32,000 nucleotides of DNA from Succinivibrio sp. (GTDB taxonomy: Bacteria > Pseudomonadota > Gammaproteobacteria > Enterobacterales > Succinivibrionaceae): positions 1,422 through 33,421 of the forward strand of contig JAFUGP010000151.1 in NCBI GenBank assembly GCA_017469335.1. The letters run 5' to 3'. Under the pieces are notes generated by a model, which was given only the letters and a program-made list of their open reading frames with translations, searched no databases and was not told where the DNA came from. Positions 1-7,622 of the stretch are shown piece after piece; the stretch's first letter is position 1, and each line of letters begins with the position of its first letter. A program made the position numbers and the translations under genes.

Positions 1-150
1 GCAAGAGATGCAGCTGACCTCAAACAGGAGTACCGGCAGGCCGACCTGCAGCGGAGAATTGTGTCTTTAAACTACGGTGAAAAGACAGCAAAAGGCAATT
101 TCCGCCTGAGACCGGGACAGGCGCAGGCGATTTTTCAGCAATTTTTGTGA
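1..150 (+). CDS. 3' end of a CDS of unknown product; the N-terminus lies outside the window
   Basis: Frame +1 is open from the window edge to TGA at 148-150 (...SLNYGEKTAKGNFRLRPGQAQAIFQQFL*). No family recognised. Confidence 0.35.
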   Translation, partial: ARDAADLKQEYRQADLQRRIVSLNYGEKTAKGNFRLRPGQAQAIFQQFL

Positions 151-178
151 ACTATATTATGTAAAACCGCCAATTTTT

Positions 179-207
179 TTGTTATTATGTCATCTGTTAG
201 CTATATA
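179..207 (+). promoter_or_regulatory. Candidate sigma70 promoter
   Basis: TTGTTA (179-184), 17-nt spacer, TATATA (202-207), in an AT-rich stretch. Hexamer matching only. Confidence 0.3.
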
Positions 208-212
208 ACATA

Positions 213-335
213 GTTTTTGGCACAGCAAGTCTGAGCATAAGCGGATAATCAACTACGGTTTTTCCTATTTTCCCGTATTCCGTGGACCTCTGGTGATGCT
301 GGCCGGCCCCTCCGTAAGGACGGGGCTTTTTTTTT
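213..335 (+). ncRNA. Candidate ~120-nt small RNA; alternatively the 3' UTR of the upstream CDS
   Basis: The segment is bounded by the promoter-like element at 179-207 and a strong intrinsic terminator at 306-335. It contains no meaningful ORF. No known RNA family recognised. Confidence 0.3.
306..335 (+). terminator. Rho-independent terminator
   Basis: GC-rich stem of 8 bp with one bulged C (gcccctcc / ggacggggc) and a GTAA tetraloop, followed by nine consecutive T (327-335). Confidence 0.75.
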
Positions 336-407
336 GATTGTGCAACGATAGCCTGATCGGCAGAACCTCAATGGGCCGGACAAGAACAGGTTCGGTAAGA
401 TCACGGC

Positions 408-665
408 TTGATGGTGGCCACCCGCATGGAACTTGATGTACTCGATATTGTCTTAGGCTCGCTCCTGAGCCTGGCCGTACTGGGATTGCTGTACATGATA
501 GACCGCCGGGTGTGCTACGCCCTGGCGGCCTCGCTGCTGGCCTTCTTCCTTACCTGGCCATTCTTCGGCCTGTTAAGCGCCTCGGTGGTACTCGGTGCCG
601 GGGTGTTCTGCGTCATCATCTATTTTGCCATCCGCTCGCTGCGGGCTGACAAGGGGATCTACTAA
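408..665 (+). CDS. Small hydrophobic (2-3 TM) protein, hypothetical
   Basis: 85-codon ORF with TTG at 408 and ATG at 411. Hydrophobic segments include LGSLLSLAVLGLLYMI and SASVVLGAGVFCVIIYFAI. No family recognised. Confidence 0.45.
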   Translation: MMVATRMELDVLDIVLGSLLSLAVLGLLYMIDRRVCYALAASLLAFFLTWPFFGLLSASVVLGAGVFCVIIYFAIRSLRADKGIY

Positions 666-666
666 G

Positions 667-705
667 CTCAGTGTCCGCGGTTGCGCACGCTGACCTGACA
701 CTGAG
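667..705. terminator. Inverted repeat between convergent genes; possible bidirectional terminator
   Basis: 9-bp arms ctcagtgtc (667-675) and gacactgag (697-705) with a 21-nt loop. The downstream sequence is only moderately T-rich. Confidence 0.3.
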
Positions 706-776
706 GCTCTGCACTGCTTTGTGCTGTTCTCTCTCAATACCGCGTTCGGGATAACTTATTGGCGCTTCCCCACCGC

Positions 777-3122
777 TCATCCTTGCGCTTGCCGTGCGCC
801 CCTCTCTTTGGCGCTGTCCTCCTCTTCACTTAAGTAGTGCTGCGCCTCAGCATCCCCCAAGGCAGCGGCCTGCTTAAGCAGTTTGCGTGAGCGATCGGGA
901 TCTGCCGTCAGTCCCGCCGCGTCCTGCTGCAGCAACAAAGCCTCCCTGACTAAGCCCTCGCTGCATCCTGACTGCGCAGAGTGTTCATAGAGGGCGGCGG
1001 CGATGAGCGGTGGACACGCTCCTGCCTGAGGTAAAGACATACTGCCCAGATCGACGGCCGCGTAGGTATTGCCCAACAGCAGCGCCTGCACATAGCAGTC
1101 AAAGGCCCGCGCGGGATTTTGCGTAAGCAGCCGTCCCTGCTCATAGAGATTGCCCAGACGATGCCACGCGGCCGACAGCCCTGACTGCGCGGCACGCTCA
1201 TACCAGGAGAGCGCCTCCTCTCCCTGCAGATCCGTACCCTGCGCGTTCTCCAGGCAGTAGGCCACGTTGTGTTGCGCCCTGGCATGTCCCTTGAGCGCGA
1301 GTGTCATCCACAGCTCAAAGGCGGCCTTACGGTCCTGCGCCACACCCAGCCCCTCAAATAGGCACAGCCCCAGCATCAGACTGCACTGCCAGGAAAGTGC
1401 GCGGTGACCGCGCTCAAAACAGGATGCAGCCTGGCTCAGGTCCCGTTTAAGACCGCCGTCCCCTTCCAAGTAAAGGCACCCCAAACGATGCAGCGCATCC
1501 CCCAAATCGGCGCTGGCAGCCTGTCTGTACCAGGGCAGCGCCTGTTTGAGGGCACGCTGCCCACCCTTGCTCTCCAGATATTCACCCAGGGCCCAGGCGC
1601 AAGGGGCGCTGCCTAAGGCTGCCCCCTGCCGGAGGGTTTTCAGGGCTTCCTTTTCATCACGCCGCAGCCCGGTGCCCTTAAGATAACGCCAGGAGAGCTC
1701 AAAGGCCGGCAGATACCCTCTTGCGAGTGCTTCCCGCAGCTTTTGCAAGGCCTGTTTGTCATCAGGCTTAACTCCCAGCCCCTGTTTGAGCATCACCGCC
1801 TGATAGTAGCAGGCAACCCCCAGACCTAAGAAAGCTGCCTTTGAGATAAACTCATAGGCATGAGCATAATTGCGCTCGGTATAAAGTCCGTAGAAGCACA
1901 TCAGACCCAGCCTGAACAGAGAGTGCGGCTGCCCGGCCGCCGCGGCCTCCCGGTGACAGAGCAAAGAACGCTTAAAGCAGTCCTCATTCTCCCGACGGCT
2001 GAAATACAGCTCTCCCAACAGCGTAAGCAATATGGGAGGGGCTCCCTTTAAATCACACTGCTGCGCCAACTTAAGCACAGCATGTTCGTCCTGAACGCCA
2101 AAATAGCGCAACAGCGCGAGCAAACTGCACAGCACCGTACTCTCATGTGGCTGGGGATCACCTTGCGAGAGCGGGTGATCAGCCAAACCTTCCTGTGACG
2201 CACCAAGTTCTGTCAAACGACTTTGCATTTCGGCTTGCAGAGTATCAAGGACACTGAGCAGAGGCCCCGGATCCGGCGGAGAGACCAGGACGGCGCAGAG
2301 TTTTTTAAGCAGGCTTGGCTCTTTGCCCTTTAACAATCTGCCCCATAGTCCCCCGGAGGGCAGGGACAGCCAGGGGCCGGGACGCTGTTTTAGTTCCTCA
2401 TAAAGCTCCCCTAAAGAGGCAGGCAGCACTGCACCCTGGTAGAGTGCAAATTCCTCGCCCCGGTCCTGTGCAGTGAACTGAGTGCTGCCCTGAGACTTAA
2501 AACCTAAGGAGACAAAGCGCAGTGCCATTGCCGCGCCCAGCCAGGGGCGCAAATCACCCGCTCTCTTCTCGGCAGCTGCGGGATAATCCGTGCTGTGCAA
2601 CTGCGCCTGAATCAGCTCAAGTCCCTCCTGCGCCTGCTCTCCCGGGCACAAATACAAAGGCAGGGAAGCAAGATTGGGAGGATAAAGAGAAGAAACAGCC
2701 GTCAGACTCACGCACAAAAAGGGCGTTTGGCAGCAGCTAAGTGCGGACAGTACCTTGACGGTTTGTCCATGATTGTCGTCCAGACTCGATAAGCTCTCCG
2801 GAGCTTGCATGCTCAAGGCCAGACTGCCCTGCCCCAGAAACTCAGAGAGCGCTCTGGCCCTGGCAGATAATAAGCTTAATTCCTCATTCTGACTTGGTGC
2901 AGCAACCCGGGCGCGGTTATCCGCCTCATGCGGCAGCGAGAACAGCACCATGGCACAGGGGGTAAGCAACAGTGCCTCGAAGGATTGTCCGCCAATTTCA
3001 AAACAGGCCAGAAGCTGCGCGTGAGAGGACAGAGGAGAGCGCTCAAGCTGTGCGTAAAGCAATCTCAGCCCTTGCTGCTCTTGCGATGTGGGAGCCCTCT
3101 GCAGCGCCGTAAAGATGCTCAT
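777..3122 (-). CDS. Sel1-repeat (SLR/TPR-like) protein, 781 aa, with an unassigned ~370-aa N-terminal region
   Basis: ATG at 3122 is preceded by GGGAGGTGA. The C-terminal half holds many Sel1-type repeats, for example ALPWYRQAASADLGDALHRLGCLYLEG, AQHNVAYCLENAQG and ALSWYERAAQSGLSAAWHRLGNLYEQG. Confidence 0.85.
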   Translation of the reverse strand: MSIFTALQRAPTSQEQQGLRLLYAQLERSPLSSHAQLLACFEIGGQSFEALLLTPCAMVLFSLPHEADNRARVAAPSQNEELSLLSARARALSEFLGQGSLALSMQAPESLSSLDDNHGQTVKVLSALSCCQTPFLCVSLTAVSSLYPPNLASLPLYLCPGEQAQEGLELIQAQLHSTDYPAAAEKRAGDLRPWLGAAMALRFVSLGFKSQGSTQFTAQDRGEEFALYQGAVLPASLGELYEELKQRPGPWLSLPSGGLWGRLLKGKEPSLLKKLCAVLVSPPDPGPLLSVLDTLQAEMQSRLTELGASQEGLADHPLSQGDPQPHESTVLCSLLALLRYFGVQDEHAVLKLAQQCDLKGAPPILLTLLGELYFSRRENEDCFKRSLLCHREAAAAGQPHSLFRLGLMCFYGLYTERNYAHAYEFISKAAFLGLGVACYYQAVMLKQGLGVKPDDKQALQKLREALARGYLPAFELSWRYLKGTGLRRDEKEALKTLRQGAALGSAPCAWALGEYLESKGGQRALKQALPWYRQAASADLGDALHRLGCLYLEGDGGLKRDLSQAASCFERGHRALSWQCSLMLGLCLFEGLGVAQDRKAAFELWMTLALKGHARAQHNVAYCLENAQGTDLQGEEALSWYERAAQSGLSAAWHRLGNLYEQGRLLTQNPARAFDCYVQALLLGNTYAAVDLGSMSLPQAGACPPLIAAALYEHSAQSGCSEGLVREALLLQQDAAGLTADPDRSRKLLKQAAALGDAEAQHYLSEEEDSAKERGARQAQG

Positions 3123-3298
3123 GCCTCACCTCCCTTCAGTGACCTCTCCTACCTCTCACGCTCAGAGTATCATCTTTGGATGACTGAGCGAAACTGCGCT
3201 ATGATTAAGGGCGGTTACCGGCTCTGCAAAACCCGCTGCCAAGCGTTACAACAGGATCTACAGGGTAGGCCGCCCATAACTTGAAAGAATAACCGAAA

Positions 3299-3625
3299 AT
3301 GCGCAATATAAGTTACGGCGAATTTGTGATGCAGCTGGCCAGTCCAGGTCAACTTGAATTTGCCATCGCCGGCTACTCAGGTCATTTTCACTTGGAACGC
3401 AGCACCAAAAAATTCAGCATAAGACAGTCGGGGATCGAGGACAGTTACGCTCTCTTCGAGACTTTTGAGCGCCTTAAAGATGAAAGTGACGCCGAATTCG
3501 TACGCCGCTTCATGGCTGCCCCGCTCATCTGCGGGCTGAGCCTCAACGATCTGCAAAAGACCATCACTTTGCATAACCACCAGGGGGAAGGTGCAATCCT
3601 AGAACCGGAGTCAGGACGCAGCTGA
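3299..3625 (+). CDS. Hypothetical protein (108 aa)
   Basis: The ORF is divergent from the Sel1 gene, has a weak RBS and belongs to no recognised family. An alternative ATG lies at 3329. Confidence 0.45.
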   Translation: MRNISYGEFVMQLASPGQLEFAIAGYSGHFHLERSTKKFSIRQSGIEDSYALFETFERLKDESDAEFVRRFMAAPLICGLSLNDLQKTITLHNHQGEGAILEPESGRS

Positions 3626-3897
3626 GACATGTCGCCGAATTACCAGTCTCCTAACCAAAGGCTTGAGCATCCCGGTTGAGCCTGACACAAAACTTTAGGA
3701 CTTTTTTGCGAAAACTGTACAAAATTAGGTTTTTTGTACTGGCAGTGGCACAAAAACTAAAGTAAAATGAATGGGCACAGGTGACTTAGGTCTTATTTTC
3801 AATCAAAAACACCCGTCCGTATCGGCACAGGCTCTGAGAGCTCTGCCAAAGTTGTTTTAAAATGACTTAGTTTAGTACGGCATCAGCGGAGATATAC

Positions 3898-4191
3898 ATG
3901 ACACGTTCCGAACTCATCGCTTCCTTGCAAAAGAGTTGCCAGGGCCTCCAACCGGGCAATGTTGAGCAGATAGTCTTGGAAATCATTGAGCAGATGTGTC
4001 TGTCTTTAGAGCATGGAGAGCGCATTGAAATCCGCGGCTTCGGCTCTTTTGAGATCCGCACCAGAAACCCTCGCATTGCTCACAATCCCAAGACCGGTGA
4101 GCAGGTAGATCTGGGGACACGCAAGGTCGCTCATTTCAAGCCGGGCATTGCTTTGCGCGCCAGGGTTAATGGCTCACAGACCGCCTCATAA
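3898..4191 (+). CDS. ihfB: Integration host factor subunit beta (HU/IHF family)
   Basis: MTRSELI...[33 protein letters not shown]...HFKPG closely parallels E. coli IhfB ([33 protein letters not shown]..HFKPG). GGAGA lies 7 nt upstream of the ATG and a terminator follows. Confidence 0.92.
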   Translation: [97 protein letters not shown]

Positions 4192-4231
4192 ACTGCGGCA
4201 CAACAGGTTTCATAGTACTCCTAGCAAAGCG

Positions 4232-4265
4232 GCAGATCTCCTAGAGATCTGCTGTTTTGTTTTAG
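4232..4265 (+). terminator. Rho-independent terminator of ihfB
   Basis: Perfect 9-bp stem gcagatctc / gagatctgc (4232-4252) with a 3-nt loop, then tgttttgtttt. Confidence 0.75.
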
Positions 4266-4455
4266 AGCTAGGTCCTTGCCTCGTTGCAATAAGTAGCAAC
4301 ACAGAGCTAAAGCCCGGTCTCAGAGAGACGTAAAATGTACCGGGCAGAGTTTGGGAGTTATAATCCTCCCGGCACCGGTGAGGTCTGGAACGATAGCCCT
4401 AATTTGCTGAATTTAATATTTTTGTTGATTAACTGACAATAAAAGGAGTCAGACC

Positions 4456-4668
4456 ATGGGACACAAACGTCATAAACCCAAGCTTGAACCTCTGCTGTTG
4501 GAGAACCTCAAAAAGCGCAATCTGGTGCAGAAGAGCTGCCATGAGCTTCATCAGGGCACGGTATTTGTCGACCAGAAAAAGGCTTACAAAGCAGGCTATC
4601 GCAAGCATCGCCATGACTTTCTGCCAGACGGCAGCGCTCAGGAACTGATCCTGAGCCCTGCCGCCTGA
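4456..4668 (+). CDS. Small basic protein (70 aa); tentatively ArfA-like alternative ribosome-rescue factor
   Basis: A strong SD (AAGGAG) lies 8 nt upstream of the ATG. The Lys/Arg/His-rich segment QKKAYKAGYRKHRH (residues 40-53) is reminiscent of E. coli ArfA KKGKGSYMRKGKH, from memory. Two hairpins start exactly at codon 56. Confidence 0.55.
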   Translation: MGHKRHKPKLEPLLLENLKKRNLVQKSCHELHQGTVFVDQKKAYKAGYRKHRHDFLPDGSAQELILSPAA

Positions 4669-4726
4669 TTAAGGCCACGATCTGCCCATCCCTGTAGCAG
4701 CACCTGATTGCGTCGGCTACCGGCAA

Positions 4727-5680
4727 TCATGACTGCGCCCCGGGACCGGCCGCCCGGCACAGCACTACGCCCGGCTCTTCCCTCAGGCGGGGGCCGTCCT
4801 CGGTCATCACGGGCTCGTATCTGGCCGTCGCCCGTCCCTGATTGGCCGAGTTCAGGGAATTAAGATACAGCACATACATGACGATCAGATCTCTTAGGCG
4901 GCGGTGGGCCTCGAACCTCTCATACATGGCCCGGCTCAGCTCTTCGCTAACCTCCCCGCTGAACTGCTTCCTGAACTGCTCTTTTAAACTCTCAATCTGC
5001 CGGTCATCTTCATCGAGCATGGCCTGCAAATCTTCGGCTTTGACGTTCAGCGTGATGAACTCGCTTAGCGCGGGATCGGCATCGTTCAGCGCCAGAAAGC
5101 TCAGGCGGAGCTGATCTCTGCCGCCGGTTTTGAAATCTTTACTGCCGTCGGTGACCGGAGCATCCACGTCAAGGCTGTTCAGGTGACCGTGATCCAACAT
5201 GACAAAACAGCCGTCGAAATGCTCGAGCACGCCCTGTTTACGGCTGCGCGGCAGCTCAATGTACATGGCCCAGTCCTGCAGTTTGGACAGCTCTAAAATC
5301 ACCGAACCGCGAACCTCAGACAGAGTAACCTTCTCCAACATGTCTGCCAATGATTCGTCGAGCCGATAGAACTTCTTGCCCACACTCCAAAGAACCACCG
5401 GCTTGAGCTGCGTGCGTTCTACTATCTGCTGTTGCAGGTTGGCGCACTCATCGTCATCTTCAGATTCGTTCATGACGGCCTCAAGCTTGTCGTTGCCCAG
5501 GGCCTCGTACCAGTCCTGCACTGTCAGGAAAACGGTCCCGTAGACCGGATTTCCCGATGCCAGTCCCCTGCTTCTGAGCTGCGCCATCCTCTCCATCACC
5601 CCGGGGATCTGTTTTACGGTAAGCTCGGCAAACTTCCTAACCAACTCCAGATTGCCGCTCTGATCATCGACTTTGGTCAT
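4727..5680 (-). CDS. Hypothetical acidic protein (317 aa)
   Basis: Long ORF with ATG at 5680, an upstream tggaga RBS and its own promoter-like element. No domain recognised. Confidence 0.7.
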   Translation of the reverse strand: MTKVDDQSGNLELVRKFAELTVKQIPGVMERMAQLRSRGLASGNPVYGTVFLTVQDWYEALGNDKLEAVMNESEDDDECANLQQQIVERTQLKPVVLWSVGKKFYRLDESLADMLEKVTLSEVRGSVILELSKLQDWAMYIELPRSRKQGVLEHFDGCFVMLDHGHLNSLDVDAPVTDGSKDFKTGGRDQLRLSFLALNDADPALSEFITLNVKAEDLQAMLDEDDRQIESLKEQFRKQFSGEVSEELSRAMYERFEAHRRLRDLIVMYVLYLNSLNSANQGRATARYEPVMTEDGPRLREEPGVVLCRAAGPGAQS

Positions 5681-5711
5681 TTAGATTTCTCCATCTTGCT
5701 ACGGAGCCATG

Positions 5712-5741
5712 AATATCACAGTAATACATCTTTATTTTCAA
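5712..5741 (-). promoter_or_regulatory. Candidate sigma70 promoter for the 317-aa gene
   Basis: On the minus strand: TTGAAA (5741-5736), 18-nt spacer, TGtGATATT extended -10 (hexamer 5717-5712). It sits ~30 nt upstream of the ATG in an AT-rich spacer. Confidence 0.4.
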
Positions 5742-5994
5742 AATGAAAAGGTTAAAAACAGCAAAAATTCACATCCCGTTTACTCAGCACTGACACTCAT
5801 AAGCGGCAGAAAGCGGTGCTTTCATCCGTCCAAACATGCCTTGAGGATACCCTCTATGTGATGTGCCAGAGTACTCTCGGCTCAGGATTTGACCACCACA
5901 GAATACCGGTAAGTAGCCCTGATAGCGTCATCTGCATCTGCTGCTAGTCTGAACTTTCAGACTCACAGGCCAGTCAGAGATCAGTTCTACAACC

Positions 5995-6372
5995 TCAACT
6001 GTCTTTGAGTTTTTTCACCAACGCCTCCACAAAGGCATCAATAAGGGGAGAAAACTTTTGCCATATCAAAGCCAGAGTAGTAACCACAATTAGCCCCACA
6101 ATGATTATGGGAGTCCAGCCAATACCCAGTTTCTGCTCTAATCTTGCGCTGCTCAAGGCATAGTTTTCATAGACCATGTTGGTATAGTCCAAAGCATAGG
6201 GTGCCAGATAGGCCACCCCGATGCCCAACAGCACAACCATTCCCAAACCGAGCACCGCCGGCAGCACGTATTTGATGAGAGCCTTGGCAATCTGCAGTAC
6301 CAGTCCCAGCACAAACAACGCCACGAAGATGATGAGGCCCCACTCTACGAGCACTGCCAGCAACCTAAACAT
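5995..6372 (-). CDS. Small polytopic membrane protein (125 aa, ~3 TM plus a C-terminal amphipathic helix)
   Basis: ATG at 6372 is preceded by GAGGAGAG. Hydrophobic spans include LLAVLVEWGLIIFVALFVLGLVL, VLPAVLGLGMVVLLGIGVAYLA and TPIIIVGLIVVTTLALIW. It lies 140 nt downstream of the FtsZ-like gene. Confidence 0.7.
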   Translation of the reverse strand: MFRLLAVLVEWGLIIFVALFVLGLVLQIAKALIKYVLPAVLGLGMVVLLGIGVAYLAPYALDYTNMVYENYALSSARLEQKLGIGWTPIIIVGLIVVTTLALIWQKFSPLIDAFVEALVKKLKDS

Positions 6373-6512
6373 AATCTCTCCTCAGCAGCGTTTGCGCACA
6401 GGTTTGAGCGTCTAGGATGAGCGCTTCTCTCGCATAGAACTTAAAGCAGGCCCCGAGAATTACCGTGTGCAGTTCCTCAAACCTTCCCCGCTGCGACCTT
6501 TCTGTGCGCAGA

Positions 6513-7622
6513 TCAGCGCATACGTGCTGGTGCAGCTGCCAACTCGTCAAGAGCCCGGTTTAACCCGGTCATGATCACCGTCACTTCGATCTCGTCCTCA
6601 GCAAAATCCGGCATGAGTTTCATGCCGAACTTGCAGTCGGCATCTTCAGCGGCATAGGCATGCACGGCCGAACATACCTCCTCCCAGCGGTTGAGCGGGA
6701 AAGATGGACTGACCTTGACATTGACGATGAGACCGCTGGCCTTGCTGATATCTACCTTCTGCATGAGCGGGGAGAAGATGGCGTGTCTGACTGCTTCTTC
6801 CACCAGATTGGGACCTTTGCCATGACCTATGCCAATGACCGCACGGCCGCGGCCGCGCATCACCGTCTGCATATCCGCGAAATCGAGATTGATGAAGCCG
6901 CCCACCCCGACTATGGCACCGGCCACGCCGTTTACGGTGTTGATCACCGTCTCATCGACGGCCTCAAAGGCGCTGCGTACCGATACGCCCGGTCCCAAAC
7001 TCTTAAGCAGTTGGTTGTTGTCTACAACTATGAGGGTGTCGACCTGCCCCAGCAGATCCTCAACGCCGCGCTCGGCTATGAGCGTACGCCGGCGCCCTTC
7101 AAAATTAAAGGGCATGGTGGCTACACCGACCGTAAGGGCTCCGCTCTGCCGGGCCAATCCTGCGATGACCGGAGCCGCACCGGTACCGGTACCTCCGCCC
7201 ATGCCGGCGACCACGAAAATCAAATCAGTGCCGCGCACCAGCTCTTTGATCTCATCCAAGCATTCCTGCGCGGCCAGGCGACCCTGATTGGGATCGCAGC
7301 CCGAACCCAAGCCAGCGGTCAGATTTTTGCCTAACTGCACGCAGGTGGGGGCGCGACAGACCGAGAGAGCCGCAGCATCGGTATTGAGCGCCACCAAGGC
7401 AAGCTCGGTGAGCCTAAGTTCCGTGAGACGGTCGGCAAAGTGGCTCATCACGTTGCAGCCGCAGCCTCCCACACCTAACACCTTGATGACACAACGCGGA
7501 GAAGCGACAGGTGCCGGGGAGGTACTTTGGAGTGCTGCGGCAGACTGTTCTGCGCCAGGTGGGGTGGTGCCGGGACTGACCTGAGCTTGCAGGTCGGATA
7601 TTTGCTCGTCACGATCGCTCAT
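6513..7622 (-). CDS. ftsZ: FtsZ-family tubulin-like GTPase; stand-alone, without the C-terminal linker or conserved tail, probably a paralogue
   Basis: Diagnostic FtsZ motifs are present: IKVLGVGGCGCN, ALNTDAAAL, AGMGGGTGTGAAPVIA, PFNFEGRRR and the T7 loop NLDFAD. The preferred start is the ATG at 7622 (AGGA upstream); the longest ORF reaches 7664. The protein ends ...VIMTGLNRALDELAAAPARMR just after the globular domain. Confidence 0.9.
   Translation of the reverse strand: MSDRDEQISDLQAQVSPGTTPPGAEQSAAALQSTSPAPVASPRCVIKVLGVGGCGCNVMSHFADRLTELRLTELALVALNTDAAALSVCRAPTCVQLGKNLTAGLGSGCDPNQGRLAAQECLDEIKELVRGTDLIFVVAGMGGGTGTGAAPVIAGLARQSGALTVGVATMPFNFEGRRRTLIAERGVEDLLGQVDTLIVVDNNQLLKSLGPGVSVRSAFEAVDETVINTVNGVAGAIVGVGGFINLDFADMQTVMRGRGRAVIGIGHGKGPNLVEEAVRHAIFSPLMQKVDISKASGLIVNVKVSPSFPLNRWEEVCSAVHAYAAEDADCKFGMKLMPDFAEDEIEVTVIMTGLNRALDELAAAPARMR

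Noticed and set aside
950-3284. Nested or antisense short ORFs within and beside the 781-aa Sel1 gene
   Set aside because: They lie inside a long repeat-protein CDS with a strong SD and have no independent support.
6660-7584. Three + strand ORFs (224, 152 and 98 aa) across the FtsZ-like gene
   Set aside because: They are antisense shadows of a CDS with unmistakable FtsZ motifs. Their products are Pro/Ala/Arg/Ser/Thr-rich low-complexity strings typical of wrong-frame translation in GC-rich DNA.
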